Numbered from the stretch's first letter, positions 18,748 to 30,149 are shown. The stretch: DNA of 36,515 bases from Candidatus Methanomethylicia archaeon (GCA_038845975.1 JAWBQF010000027.1:1-36515), one strand, 5' to 3'. The notes: generated by a model from the sequence alone, not told the origin. Numbers and translations are program-made.

Positions 18748-21465
18748 TTACAATGTACCTGCTTTAACTGTTGAGTATCCTTCTTTTTTGCTTACACTGT
18801 ATACTATATCTGCTGCATCCTCGATTTCATGGTGATGTGTTATAATAATCATTTGCGGAATAATTCTACCACCTTCTCTAAAGAAGGAGTTTAAAATGTT
18901 GACAAGTTCTCTCCTTCTCTCTTCGTCTAAGTGTATTGTAGGCTCATCCATAATAATAGTTTCAACTTTTTCTGATAGAACACGTGTTATAGCTAGTCTT
19001 AAAGCTATTGCAAGTGCAACTCTTTCACCGCCACTAATCTGATCTATGGTTTGAAGACCAACTGGTCCAGTAACTGAAATATTGTAGTCTTCATCGATTT
19101 GAACATCTGAAATCTCTAAGTTGAATCTCTCAAGAAAGTCTCGAGTAAACTTTTCTAGTAGAGGCTTTGATCTAGCTCTAACTAGTCGTTGAAGCCCATC
19201 TTTATGGAAAGCATTTCTAATACGTTCAAGAATTTTAATAAAGTCTTCAACCATGGCTTTCTCCTTTTCCTTATCTAAAAGCTGTTTTAACTCATTTTCA
19301 AGGTTTTCCTTTTCTCTACGTTTAGTTTTGATTTCAGCTTCTAACTCAGCTATTTTTACTGTTAGCTCATCTTTCTCCCTCTCCTTATCTTCAAACTTTT
19401 CCTGTATTTCCCTATGAGTATTCTCATCATAGTTAAGCTTCTCTATTTCTCCTAGAATTTTTTCAAGTTCTTGTTTTCTCGTTTTAAACTCATTTTTTAA
19501 GTCTTGAACCTCTATTAATAGAGAATTTCTTTTTTCTGCTAGAGGCTTACTCCTATCAAACTCCTCTTTTCTACTTCTTAGATCTATTAATTCCCGCTCC
19601 GGGTTTTCCGGTTTGTATCCGAGATTAATTATTAAGTTTTCCATTTCCTTTAGGATTGTATTTACTTCTTCACTCATTACTTTAATGTTTTCCTCTATAC
19701 TTTCCTTTACTGGCCATCGGCTAAGTTCACGTCTTGCAGCTTCATACTCTCTATAAAACTCTTCAAGCTCCTTTATTTCCCTTTCAAGCAATTCAATTTC
19801 AGCATCTATTTCTTCCAGTATTTCAACTTTTCTATTTAAGACCTCTATTTCAGAGCTTTCTTGAACTATTTCTAAATCTAGTTCTTTTATTTCATTAGTA
19901 ATTTCCATTACTCTATTTGGGTTGATGGAGGCAAGATTCTCAAGCATTTCCTCATATTTCCTCTCTTCAGCATTAACATGTTTAAGCTCATCTTGAAGTT
20001 TACCTATTATTTCTTCACATTTAAGCTTTACCTTTTCAAATTCTTCTTGAAGCTTTAATCTATGCTGAGGAGTTAGCTCTCTCCCACAGATAGGACAGAT
20101 ATCGGCTTCAGCTATCTTTGACAGTTTGAATTTAATATCTTCAATCTGGTTTTTAATACTTCCAATTTTCTCCTTTAAACTATCTGCCTTTACTGCTAGT
20201 TCATTCTTTAATAAGTTAATTTCACTTCTTCTTCTTGCAAGTATGGATTCTATGTTCTCATATGTAATTTCCTCACCGAGAATATTTGAATATTCTTTAA
20301 GTAGCTGTAATAAAACCTCATATTTCCTCTCTTTTTTCTTTAAGTTTTCCTGATAGTGTTTTTTTAATCGTGTAAGTTCTTCTCTAGCACCTTCATAATT
20401 CTTCCTCTCAATTCTCTTCTGATTTAAAAGGTTTATTCTAGTCTGATAGTTTTTGTAGGCGTTTTCGTTACGTGTTAAAGTATTTATTAGGTTTTCTATA
20501 TGTTCAAGTTTTTGATGTTCTAACATTATTTCCTTCTTCTTCTCGTTTAGTTTCTGATATAAGTTATAGTAGCTCTCCATTACTGGAAGTTTTCTAATTG
20601 CTTCCTTTAATGCCTCAATCTTTATGAAAGCATTTTCAGCCTCCCTCAATTCTTCCTTCTTTCTCTCTAGGTTCTTGCTTAAATTTTCAATTTTCGCTTC
20701 TAAAATAGCTTTCCCCATGTTTAACTTGTTGAATTTCTCTTTTTTCTGATTGAGTTCTTTAAGCTGGTTCTCAAGGGATTTAAATTCTTCCTCAATATCT
20801 TTTAACTTAGTCTTTTCATAGCTAAGTGAATCCTCTAAATATTCTATTTCTAGATTTAAGCTTTGAATTTGATTCTCAATATTTGGTTTTCTTTTTAATT
20901 CACCGTCCAGATAGGAGACAATGTTTTGATAATCATTTATTATTTCTTTCATTTGCTGATAGGCTTTTTCAAGATCTTCAATACCTAGTAGCTTCGAAAT
21001 GATCTGCTTTCTATCTGCAGGAGTTGTAGTAATAAGCTTTTCAATTTCTCCCTGCTGGATATAGATTGACTGTAGGAAGAGGTGTTTATCAATACCTAGG
21101 ATTTTCTCAATTTCCGCTATTACTTGTCTACCGCTTCTAGCAATAATTGATTTCCTATTATCTTGAATTCTAGATAGAATTCCTCTTGTTTGTCTTCTCC
21201 TCCGATCAATTTCCCATTCAGCAACATAATCTATTCCCCCCTCATTAAACTCTACAGTAATCTTTGATTTTTCAGCGTTTCTATGAATAAGATTTTCATT
21301 TCTCCCCCTACTATGAACATTGAAAAGCCCAAAGCTTACAGCATCTAGAATTGAGGTTTTCCCAGCTCCATTTGGACCAGTAATAACGTTGATTCCATAA
21401 TCAAATTCTATCTTGCTATTCCTATGTGAAATAAAGTTTTCAACGTATACCTTCTTTAATATCAT
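18748..21465 (-). CDS. rad50: DNA double-strand break repair ATPase Rad50
   Basis: GPNGAGKT, QQGEI, central zinc hook CPICG, ISGGE signature, IMDEPT, long coiled coils. Confidence 0.97.
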   Translation of the reverse strand: MILKKVYVENFISHRNSKIEFDYGINVITGPNGAGKTSILDAVSFGLFNVHSRGRNENLIHRNAEKSKITVEFNEGGIDYVAEWEIDRRRRQTRGILSRIQDNRKSIIARSGRQVIAEIEKILGIDKHLFLQSIYIQQGEIEKLITTTPADRKQIISKLLGIEDLEKAYQQMKEIINDYQNIVSYLDGELKRKPNIENQIQSLNLEIEYLEDSLSYEKTKLKDIEEEFKSLENQLKELNQKKEKFNKLNMGKAILEAKIENLSKNLERKKEELREAENAFIKIEALKEAIRKLPVMESYYNLYQKLNEKKKEIMLEHQKLEHIENLINTLTRNENAYKNYQTRINLLNQKRIERKNYEGAREELTRLKKHYQENLKKKERKYEVLLQLLKEYSNILGEEITYENIESILARRRSEINLLKNELAVKADSLKEKIGSIKNQIEDIKFKLSKIAEADICPICGRELTPQHRLKLQEEFEKVKLKCEEIIGKLQDELKHVNAEERKYEEMLENLASINPNRVMEITNEIKELDLEIVQESSEIEVLNRKVEILEEIDAEIELLEREIKELEEFYREYEAARRELSRWPVKESIEENIKVMSEEVNTILKEMENLIINLGYKPENPERELIDLRSRKEEFDRSKPLAEKRNSLLIEVQDLKNEFKTRKQELEKILGEIEKLNYDENTHREIQEKFEDKEREKDELTVKIAELEAEIKTKRREKENLENELKQLLDKEKEKAMVEDFIKILERIRNAFHKDGLQRLVRARSKPLLEKFTRDFLERFNLEISDVQIDEDYNISVTGPVGLQTIDQISGGERVALAIALRLAITRVLSEKVETIIMDEPTIHLDEERRRELVNILNSFFREGGRIIPQMIIITHHHEIEDAADIVYSVSKKEGYSTVKAGTL

Positions 21466-22603
21466 TTTGTTTCAGCCTCTTGAAGTATTCTTCAGTAATC
21501 TTCTTTGCATCTTCAATATCTCCAAGCCTTAAAGCCTTGAAGAGCTCCCAGCCGAATTCAGCTATTTCCTCATTCCTTAAATACTCCTTTAAAAGAAGCC
21601 TTATATCTGCTCCTCCAGGTTTAAGCTTAATAAGTTCTTTTTCAGCTTCCTCAACAATTTGTGAACGGAAATGTAGAGCCTTTCCGGATAAAGCTTTACT
21701 TAATGTTTGCTGGACTTTCTGTCTATCAATATTTCTTCCTTCAACAATTACGTGTATTAATGGAGGTTTTAAATAGCTTTTAAGAGAAGCTATGAATTCC
21801 TTAAGTTCCTGATTGAAGTTAGCATAGTTTATTTTTACTTTTAGTTGTGGCCTAATTCTTTCAAGATTAATCCTCTTAATATCTACTTTACTACTATCAA
21901 TATCTATGATATAGAATCCTTTCCCATGCTTCTCCCATTCACTAATTTCATCACTTCTAATAATTTCAGTTGAGCCGGGGTAGGCAAGCTCCCCTCTTCC
22001 GAAGGATGCTTGTACTCTATTATGGAGATGCCCCATAGCGTAATACTTGAAATTTCTCGGTAACTCATCTATTCTTAGTTCGAAAGCCTCTTCGAACGTG
22101 AAGAATCTATCAATAGCTTGATGTAGAACCAATATACTTACTGAATATTTAGCAGCAATAGAGTTAAGTTTTCCCAATTCTTCAATTAGTATTTCTCTAT
22201 AGCGACGTCCAATATTAGATATTCCCGCAATCAATACATCCTGTCCGTTTAAGTGTAGTATTTGATATTCACCGCTTGTAAGTCCTAGAATTTGGATTCT
22301 ATCATCAAATAGTCTTTGCGGAGGCATACCTCGACGTTTAGGAGTATCATGATCTCCAAGTATTGAGAAAAACCTTACCTTACCGTTAAGTCTTGCAAGA
22401 AATCTTTTAAAAGAATAGTATGCTTGAGCTGTAGGTTTCGGTGAGTCGAAGAGATCTCCGCTATGAATAACTATTTCAGCCCGTTCATCAAGTATTTTAT
22501 CAGCTATTTCATCCATAACATCATATATGTCCTGTTCTCTCTCATCAATATTGTATTGTCGAAAACCTAGATGAGTATCTGAAACATGAGCAATCCTAAC
22601 CAT
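21440..22603 (-). CDS. mre11: DNA double-strand break repair nuclease Mre11
   Basis: SDTHLG, GDLFD, GDHD, HQ, MGHLH, YPGS motifs; overlaps the rad50 start. Confidence 0.96.
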   Translation of the reverse strand: MVRIAHVSDTHLGFRQYNIDEREQDIYDVMDEIADKILDERAEIVIHSGDLFDSPKPTAQAYYSFKRFLARLNGKVRFFSILGDHDTPKRRGMPPQRLFDDRIQILGLTSGEYQILHLNGQDVLIAGISNIGRRYREILIEELGKLNSIAAKYSVSILVLHQAIDRFFTFEEAFELRIDELPRNFKYYAMGHLHNRVQASFGRGELAYPGSTEIIRSDEISEWEKHGKGFYIIDIDSSKVDIKRINLERIRPQLKVKINYANFNQELKEFIASLKSYLKPPLIHVIVEGRNIDRQKVQQTLSKALSGKALHFRSQIVEEAEKELIKLKPGGADIRLLLKEYLRNEEIAEFGWELFKALRLGDIEDAKKITEEYFKRLKQNDIKEGIR

Positions 22604-22639
22604 GAATAACAACCGTGAACCATGAATTCATATGATGTT

Positions 22640-22655
22640 TATTTATAAAGCTTTC
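22640..22655 (-). promoter_or_regulatory. Candidate internal BRE/TATA promoter for mre11-rad50 (GAAAGCTTTATAAATA)
   Basis: Consensus-like element in the herA-mre11 gap, about 40 nt before the mre11 ATG. Confidence 0.55.
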
Positions 22656-22677
22656 GACTCGGCTTTACATAGCTGTA

Positions 22678-24273
22678 CTAGCTGTAAATCCCCTTTAACT
22701 CATTCCTTAACCTTTGAGCCTCATCTTCACCCTTAATTTCAGCAGTAAGAGCTTCTCTTAATTTACCGATAATATCAATGTCGGCTCCACCTTCTTTAGT
22801 TTTTCTTTTCTTAATCCTAACCATAACTGGAGCTCTAGTCATTTCGCCAACAACTACAGCTTCACCAACATTGAGTCCAGGTAGATCTTCAAGAAGATCT
22901 CTACTTATACGTTCTGAACTTATTGAAATAGCTTTCTGATCCTCAGGATTAGTAATACGCATAATTATTTGACTATTACATTGACTTAAAGCATCAGAAT
23001 GGATTTTTGAGGGACGCTGTGTTATGAGGATTAGAAATATACCGAATTTTCTACCTTCCGCAGAAATTCTTCTAATTATATCGCTTGAGTAGGTCCGCTT
23101 ATCCGGTGGAATGAAGCGGTGAGCTTCCTCAAGGAAGATGAAGACTGGATACTTAAACTCTCCACTAGCTACCTTATCATAGGCTTCTGTAAGAATTCTA
23201 TATGCAATATAGTCTGAAACCTCATCTTCAAGACCTGAAAGATCTACTACGGATAGCTGCATAGGCTTTAACATTTTATCAATAGATGTTGAAACACTTG
23301 TAAAAACCCTCATTCCAATAATACGCTTAATATATTTTTGAGCTGAACGAGCTCCAGATCTTATCTTTTCATCAACATCCCAAATATCCACTTGCTCCAG
23401 CTCCTCTAAAACATCTCTAGGTGAAAACATTCTTTTACGCTTCTTCAAATTTGAAATAGCATACTCAAGCCCACTTCTAATATTAACGTAGCGGGGGTTT
23501 ATCTTTGCAATTAGACATATTTCCTCCAGGTCAAGATCTGAAAAACAGACTTCATAAGGCTCAACTCTACCAACTTCCTCAGTAGAGTATCTACCAGTAC
23601 TTGCTGGATTTCTGAAAACAATGATTTTATCTGAAAGCTCATGTCTTCCACCATCAGCCCTCCTAGATAAGAAAACATAGTCTGCATGGGGATCCAGCAT
23701 AATTATTGTTGCACCTCTACTAAGAAGCTCTTCTGCAAGAATACCTGCTAGATAGCTTTTCCCAGCTCCTGTCTGCGCTATGATTGCAAGATGTCTTCTA
23801 AAACCTTTAAGAGATAGGTAGACAGGAACTTCACTTCTCGTAATTAAAGATCCAATATGGATAGCTTCCTCTCTCGGGAAGGAATAAAACCTTTCAAGTA
23901 GATCTTTTGGAGCTTGATAAACGGTTTTTCCAGGCATAACAGCTCTTCTCGGCTGTAATACTTCCCCATTTCCAGTTAAGTATCCTAGAATTCTAGCCTT
24001 ACCCCAAACCTTCCTATCTACAATTCCGGATTCTACAAGTTTCTTCATTATGTTGAAGTCAAGATCCTTTGTTAATGCTTGACTTGCAGATATTATTCCA
24101 TATACTTGAGCTATTACTGGAACCTCCCTTAAGACGCCGTTAACATCTTCTAGGGAGAATACAACTATATACTCCCATCTTGAAGGCATCTCCTCAGGTT
24201 TAGAGCTGAAGTAAAACTCGCTTGAACTAGCCTCACCGATAATTATTCCGATTTCTTTAAGGGTATTTGACAC
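22678..24273 (-). CDS. herA: HerA bipolar DNA helicase/translocase
   Basis: RHLAIIAQTGAGKS, DPHADY, EEAHRF, EGRKFG, TQRPS. Likely GTG start at 24273 after GGAGG. Confidence 0.95.
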   Translation of the reverse strand: MSNTLKEIGIIIGEASSSEFYFSSKPEEMPSRWEYIVVFSLEDVNGVLREVPVIAQVYGIISASQALTKDLDFNIMKKLVESGIVDRKVWGKARILGYLTGNGEVLQPRRAVMPGKTVYQAPKDLLERFYSFPREEAIHIGSLITRSEVPVYLSLKGFRRHLAIIAQTGAGKSYLAGILAEELLSRGATIIMLDPHADYVFLSRRADGGRHELSDKIIVFRNPASTGRYSTEEVGRVEPYEVCFSDLDLEEICLIAKINPRYVNIRSGLEYAISNLKKRKRMFSPRDVLEELEQVDIWDVDEKIRSGARSAQKYIKRIIGMRVFTSVSTSIDKMLKPMQLSVVDLSGLEDEVSDYIAYRILTEAYDKVASGEFKYPVFIFLEEAHRFIPPDKRTYSSDIIRRISAEGRKFGIFLILITQRPSKIHSDALSQCNSQIIMRITNPEDQKAISISSERISRDLLEDLPGLNVGEAVVVGEMTRAPVMVRIKKRKTKEGGADIDIIGKLREALTAEIKGEDEAQRLRNELKGIYS

Positions 24274-25594
24274 GACGATACCTCCTTCCATAAATAATCT
24301 TCTCTCCAAATAGCTTTTCCAAGTAGGGAATGTAAATATTATCTACAACCCTCCGTTTTAATCTAACCTTTTCATCAGCGTTTCTAAGCCATAAATTATA
24401 AGCATTTAAGCCACAGTATCCTGTAACCATAATTCTTAATAGATCACTAACATCTATGCTAGCGGGTTCAGGCCAGCTAATTTCGAATATGGATTTACCG
24501 TAATACGGTGTATCGATACGTATAGGTGAATCTCTAGGATCAAGTAAAATATAAAATGAGATGAAGCTTGGAAACTCTAAAATACTCTTAAGAATACTGG
24601 ATGCCCACTGAATAAATTCCTCACCTTTCTCCATTGTTAACCTTGGAAAATACTTTCCAACGCATTCCTCCGGATTCTTATAGTACTCTTTTAAGCGTCT
24701 CGCCATCCTAATATGGGAGCCTAACAGTAATGGATTCGTATAGCCGATTGATGATGCATAGCTCATAATTAACTGGTAGTCAGGTCTTGAGGAAGACAGC
24801 TCCCTCAAAATCAAATCAATAACTCCCAGTTTATCTCCATATTTCCCTTGAAGTCTAGAAAATATTTTAAAAGCTGTTTTCTCCACGTCAAGAACTTGAA
24901 AAAACAATTTCTCCAATATCTTCTTATCCTCCTCAATATTTAACTCCTTCAGCTTTTCATTAAATATTAAGCTTAACAAGTAGTCACGGTAAAACGTTGA
25001 TCTACTCTCTTTACTTACTCCAACTAGAGGAATATTAGATCTATAGCAGACATTAAGAAGCTCCCTGTAAACCCTAAAGTAACGTAGTAAGACATCATAT
25101 TCCTCCTCAACTCTATACTCTATTGGAATATGGCAAACCCTACCGTAAAGGGAGCCGTCCAGTAAAACAGCATCTCCATCAAAACCATTCTTTAAAGCTT
25201 CAAGAGCAGCTTCAAACTCTAACATCTCCATCTTAACAGTAATAAATTCACGGATACGGGAAACTCTATCCCTACTAAAAACCACATTAGTTTCTAGCTT
25301 CTTCCCAACAATATCTCTTTGAACAGCTAAAGACCTAGCAATATAGAAGATTCCACCATTAGAAAGCATGTTTATATAAACACTTGAATCAACAGCTAAA
25401 ATATCAAGATCACTCGGATTAACTGAGAACTCCTCAACACGTATAGGTATCCAGATAGATTCAAAATATCTTCTAAACGTTTCATCTAAGAAGTTTAACT
25501 TCCCATTAAAAAACTTCTCCCTCATGCTTTCCTTCTTAACATTCATTAAACATGCAAAATCATCTAGAAAAATAGGCAAACTCAACACCTCCAT
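24257..25594 (-). CDS. nurA: NurA 5'-3' nuclease
   Basis: LAVDSS, LLDGSL, GVSKES, AYNLWLRNADEKV; linked to herA-mre11-rad50. Confidence 0.92.
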   Translation of the reverse strand: MEVLSLPIFLDDFACLMNVKKESMREKFFNGKLNFLDETFRRYFESIWIPIRVEEFSVNPSDLDILAVDSSVYINMLSNGGIFYIARSLAVQRDIVGKKLETNVVFSRDRVSRIREFITVKMEMLEFEAALEALKNGFDGDAVLLDGSLYGRVCHIPIEYRVEEEYDVLLRYFRVYRELLNVCYRSNIPLVGVSKESRSTFYRDYLLSLIFNEKLKELNIEEDKKILEKLFFQVLDVEKTAFKIFSRLQGKYGDKLGVIDLILRELSSSRPDYQLIMSYASSIGYTNPLLLGSHIRMARRLKEYYKNPEECVGKYFPRLTMEKGEEFIQWASSILKSILEFPSFISFYILLDPRDSPIRIDTPYYGKSIFEISWPEPASIDVSDLLRIMVTGYCGLNAYNLWLRNADEKVRLKRRVVDNIYIPYLEKLFGEKIIYGRRYRRVKYP

Positions 25595-25859
25595 ATAAAT
25601 TCAAAATAAAAAGTTAAACATTACGCTTATTAAATTTAAATATTCTCGTATTGGACATATTACCATCATAAACATTACTTCTTAGACTTTACAGTTATTG
25701 GTTCTGTCCAGATAAGCATGTAAGATGAAGGCTGTCTTAATATTTCCCTCTATCTTAGGAGGTCGTAGTAGTATTTGAAATCAGCTAGAGCTTAACCTAA
25801 GCTCAATATGCTTCTACTCCTCCTAAATATTTCAATCCCCAACTAAATCTAATAATTAA

Positions 25860-26021
25860 GCTAATAGGAATAAATGCAGTAAATATGGATCTTGCTGTGA
25901 AACATGTAGTATGGAAATAAACAATATTGAAGAAGCTGAATTCTCATCAAACTGTATAAGGTGTTTACAATGTATTGAGAAATGTCCTGAAAAGGCTTTA
26001 AGCCTAAGACTGAGTCCATAG
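25860..26021 (+). pseudogene. C-terminal remnant of a 4Fe-4S dicluster protein
   Basis: ANRNKCSKYGSCCETCSMEI...NCIRCLQCIEKCPEKAL*; the first cluster motif is damaged and no clear start is present. Confidence 0.65.
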
Positions 26022-26054
26022 TAAACATTATAATCCAACCAATACTACTAAGAG

Positions 26055-27812
26055 TTAGTATACATATTTAATCCCTAGTTTTTCTGCTTTCTCCACCCAT
26101 GATGGAACAGGAGGGACAAGTTCATTCTCCGATTTTACTATGACTTCAATAAATACTGGCTCACTGGTTTTAAATGTTTCTGGAAGTATTTCATTCAAGT
26201 CTTCAACATCCTCGATTTTAAATGATTTTAAGCCAAATCCTTCAGCAATTTTTTGATAGTTAATCTTCTTAAAGTTTGTTGAGAAATCAACGTATTGCGG
26301 ACCGTACGAGAATTGAATGCTTGCCTTAATCCATCCATAGCATCCATTGTTAAACATGAAAACCTTTATGTTACCTTCTATTCGGCTTATTGTTTCAAGT
26401 TCACCTACAGCAAAACCGAAGCTTCCATCACCAGTTAATGCAACTATACAGCTGTTCGGCTTTGCATAGTAGCAGCCAATAGATGCAGGAATAGCATAGC
26501 CTAATGCTCCTAGAGAATAGTTAAATATTATACTTCTACCTGCTCTTTTAACCTTGTAGAATGCTGAAGTATAGATGGCTCCTATACCAGCATCAGCAAC
26601 TATCACATACTCCTCCGGAATATTAATTGAAAGCTCTTTTATAAATCGTAGTGGATGAATTGGCTTCTCACTTGTTTCAGCTATTTCCTCTATATATCTA
26701 CTATACTCCCTATATTCCTTTAAGATATTTTTTACTCTAGGTATTTTCTCATATCTTTTATCTTCAACAGTACTTTCAATAACTTTAATAATCTCAGTTA
26801 AAGTAGACTTTACATCACCTATTAACTCAACATCTGTATGATAAATGTTTCCAACCTCTGCCTCGCTAATATCTAAATGAATTATCTTCACATCAGCGTT
26901 TTCAGTTGGGAGACTCCACTCCATAGTACTTATAGAGTCAGTATTACAGCCAATGTAGAATATTAAGTCAGCTTCCCTTACTATTTTGTTTGAAAATGAT
27001 GTTCCTCCACGACTTCCAACAACTCCAATCGATAATGGATGGGTTTCAGCTATACTTCCCTTCCCAGTTATTGTTGTTCCAACAGGTATTCCTAGTAGTT
27101 CAGCTAGTTCTGTAACTTCACTCCATGCCTTTGAGAAAAGAGTTCCCTGACCACAAATAATTAAGGGTCTTTCAGCACTACTTAATAGTTTAGCTGCTTC
27201 CCTTATTTTCCCTATTTCCGCTATAGGTCTATGTCCTGGATAGCTTACAAAACTCTTCTGAGCATAAATTCTCGGATTCTCTACATCATGGTTAAGTATG
27301 TCTAAGGGTATTCTAATATGTACTGGTCCAGGTTTTCCGCTTGTTGATAATCTAAATGCTCTCCTAACTATATTAGGAATCTCCTCAGCCTTCGTTACAG
27401 TTATTGTTTCCTTCGTAATTCCCCTATATAGAGCTGTTTGATCTAAACCTGTAAGCATATTTCTCTTCTCATAGTGGAGAGGAATATCAGTTGTTAATAC
27501 TATCATAGGGACTGATGCCTTATATGCTTCAGCAACTCCAGGTATTAGATGTGTTGAGCCTGCACTAGGTCCTTCACATATACCTGGCTTAAAACTAATT
27601 CTCGCATAGGCGTCAGCCATAAATGATGCGCTTCTCTCATCCCTAGCTAGAACATGCTTAATATCGGGAAAATTACTCCATTCAGCATAAAGTGGAATTG
27701 TAGTTTCCCCAGGTAATCCGAAGACATGCTTAACATCATACTCCCTAAACATTTCCAATACTATTCTTGCAGCTCTCATCCACTCACCCCAACTATACTT
27801 CACAGCCCCCAT
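26055..27812 (-). CDS. Thiamine-pyrophosphate-dependent enzyme, acetolactate synthase large-subunit-like
   Basis: FGLPG, RDERSASFMADAYAR, GKPGPVH, GDGSF...NNGCYG. The true start may be about 27779. Confidence 0.92.
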   Translation of the reverse strand: MGAVKYSWGEWMRAARIVLEMFREYDVKHVFGLPGETTIPLYAEWSNFPDIKHVLARDERSASFMADAYARISFKPGICEGPSAGSTHLIPGVAEAYKASVPMIVLTTDIPLHYEKRNMLTGLDQTALYRGITKETITVTKAEEIPNIVRRAFRLSTSGKPGPVHIRIPLDILNHDVENPRIYAQKSFVSYPGHRPIAEIGKIREAAKLLSSAERPLIICGQGTLFSKAWSEVTELAELLGIPVGTTITGKGSIAETHPLSIGVVGSRGGTSFSNKIVREADLIFYIGCNTDSISTMEWSLPTENADVKIIHLDISEAEVGNIYHTDVELIGDVKSTLTEIIKVIESTVEDKRYEKIPRVKNILKEYREYSRYIEEIAETSEKPIHPLRFIKELSINIPEEYVIVADAGIGAIYTSAFYKVKRAGRSIIFNYSLGALGYAIPASIGCYYAKPNSCIVALTGDGSFGFAVGELETISRIEGNIKVFMFNNGCYGWIKASIQFSYGPQYVDFSTNFKKINYQKIAEGFGLKSFKIEDVEDLNEILPETFKTSEPVFIEVIVKSENELVPPVPSWVEKAEKLGIKYVY

Positions 27813-28181
27813 AATAATCTTTCCAATATATTATCTATCATCAGCTACTAACAACTCTAAATTAAATACAATTTAAACTGTTAGAGCAGTATGTAAGAGT
27901 GATATCTTATAGTATAGATAATAAATCCACAATAATCATATCTACAGCTCCTCATTTCTACAATCCAGTTGATCGCCAGCACTAATATATTATATAATGT
28001 ATATAATAATTAAATGTGATTTAGCAGTATTGGATTTTCTAATTATTTCTTAATAGTTTCACTGAATTTGGAGCGACTAATATTTCAATCAGGTGTCAAC
28101 CTGTAAAAGCATACCAAACAAACATAGATTAACAAGAAAATACTATTGTTGAATGTAAACTAGGCGATAATTTGCCGACGT

Positions 28182-28424
28182 CTACAGACGTACGTGCTGT
28201 AACATCAAAGTAAAGTAAGTTATGCTCATTCCTACATGTGGGTCTAGAACACAATCCTTAGAAGTTAAATTAAAGTATCTGAGGAGTTTGAACAGGTCAA
28301 AAGCAAAAGCCTCTTTGTAACGGTATAGTCTTAGAAAAGGTATGGTTTTGTTCCTAACGAAAGAAACTACGTGATTTAAGGCTAATCCTCTTCCTATAGA
28401 GAATAATATTTTCTCAATTCGCAA
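28182..28424 (-). pseudogene. N-terminal remnant of a site-specific DNA methyltransferase
   Basis: VSFVRNKTIPFLRLYRYKEAFA...VLDPHVG resembles the W..YKEGFS...VLDPF.G start of amino-methyltransferases; truncated. Confidence 0.55.
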
Positions 28425-28925
28425 ACTGGATACAACTTTGTTATCTCTATTTTATTTACCATTTTCAACACCTGTTATTTGTTTAAAATATACTTTAGCA
28501 AGTCAACTTTCTTAGATTTAACATATCCTTGATTCTTTAAAGCTTTTAAGTAGCCAGCCAAAAGTTCGGTTAATGCTTAATTGAGCTAATCACTTCACGG
28601 TCTGTTCAGAATCTTTCTCCAAGAGATCGATTTGCTTTGAGGTTAGATTAGCATGACTCTTCGATACTTCTCTTACAATGGTATAGATGTTCCGAGTTTA
28701 AATATATTTGTGCTAACACATGTGTTTCTCCCATGACTTTAGAACTGATTTGATGTATTCTACAATTTCTCTACTTCTCGCTGGATTTAGAGAGATGGCT
28801 TGCCCTTTTTATGTAGCAAGATGTAGCCTCCCCTAACCAAATCTTCTATGCAACTTCCAACTCTTTTGCCATCCTTCAAATCCTATTAAATCATTAGCTT
28901 ATATAAAGCTTCGTATCGGTAGTAT

Positions 28926-30149
28926 CTAGCTACTAATAGTTGGTTTATTACTATAATTGGATTTTAATACTTGATTTACTATTGAAATAAAATCTTCATC
29001 AGAGATATGTTTCCTTTTTTCGATTGATTTTTCTTTAACCATGTTGAGGATTTGAAGGATTTGCTTATCTGTTGCATTAATTCCTAGCTGTTTTAGTTTC
29101 CATTCTATTGAGTGTTTTCCACTTTTCTTTCCTATTATTATTTCTCTTTCACCACCAACTAGTTCCGGTGGGTAGGGTTCAACGGATGGTGGATAGTTTA
29201 TTAGCTGTAATACTGTAACTCCGGATTCACGTTTAAATATAGCGTCTCCAACTACGGGTTTATTCGGCGGCATTTTAATACCGCTTAATTCCTCAACTAG
29301 CTTTGATGTTTTCCTTAGTTTTTCATATTTTATTCCAACATCTCTACCATATAGGAGTAGGAGAGCTAGTGAAACCTCAGCAATATCAGTATTACCGGAT
29401 CTTTCACCTATTCCATTAACACTTACATGAATCCATTCAGCTCCTGCCTTTACGGCAGCAATAGAACAAGCTGTTGCCATACCGAATTCATTATGACAGT
29501 GAATATGAATTGGTACCTTCACCCATTCTTTTAACTTTTTAGTTAGGTAGAATATTGTTTCAGGTAAAGCTACACCAAGAGTATCAACAGCAACGACTTC
29601 ATCTGCGTGAGCTTCATTTACAGCTGTTATGTAGGCTTTCCTAAGGAAGTTTATGTCTGCTCGCGTCATATCAACAGCGAAAAACGCTACTCTAAGTCCA
29701 TGCTCCTTAGCATACGTAATTGCCTCCACTATTCTCTCAAGAACAATTTCCTCAGTTAAGCTGTAAGCCTTCATTTTGAAGGGGCTTGTTGCAATCTCAC
29801 AAATTACTGATTCAACATCTACCTCTAGGCAAGCATCTATGTCTCCTATAACACATCGACAAAAACCCCAAATCTCAGCATTAAGCCTGAGATCTACAAG
29901 CTCCTTAACAACTTCCTTATCCTCAGCAGAAACAATAGGCATACCTGCTTCAATTCTTTGAACACCTAACTCATCTAGTGCTTGAGCTATACGTATCTTA
30001 TCAGTTTTTCTGAAAACAAGTCCTGGAACCTGTTCACCATCTCTTAAAGTACAATCGTAAATACCTATCCTACTTGGTAATTTAAACTCTCCAGTAACAT
30101 CCTCAATAAAGTTGTAAGGGCTAACCCATATATCCCTTCTAAAACTCAT
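28926..30149 (-). CDS. Homocitrate synthase / isopropylmalate synthase family (DRE-TIM) enzyme
   Basis: DCTLRDGEQ, HIHCHNEFG, NGIGERSGN, GKKSGK; lacks a LeuA regulatory domain. Confidence 0.9.
   Translation of the reverse strand: MSFRRDIWVSPYNFIEDVTGEFKLPSRIGIYDCTLRDGEQVPGLVFRKTDKIRIAQALDELGVQRIEAGMPIVSAEDKEVVKELVDLRLNAEIWGFCRCVIGDIDACLEVDVESVICEIATSPFKMKAYSLTEEIVLERIVEAITYAKEHGLRVAFFAVDMTRADINFLRKAYITAVNEAHADEVVAVDTLGVALPETIFYLTKKLKEWVKVPIHIHCHNEFGMATACSIAAVKAGAEWIHVSVNGIGERSGNTDIAEVSLALLLLYGRDVGIKYEKLRKTSKLVEELSGIKMPPNKPVVGDAIFKRESGVTVLQLINYPPSVEPYPPELVGGEREIIIGKKSGKHSIEWKLKQLGINATDKQILQILNMVKEKSIEKRKHISDEDFISIVNQVLKSNYSNKPTISS

Noticed and set aside
25856-26038. 60-aa minus-strand ORF
   Set aside because: It is the shadow of the plus-strand 4Fe-4S remnant.
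28712-28875. Minus-strand fragment IEDLVRGGYILLHKKGQAISLNPARSREI, resembling small archaeal toxin-like proteins
   Set aside because: No start codon and no partner gene; the resemblance is too weak to call.
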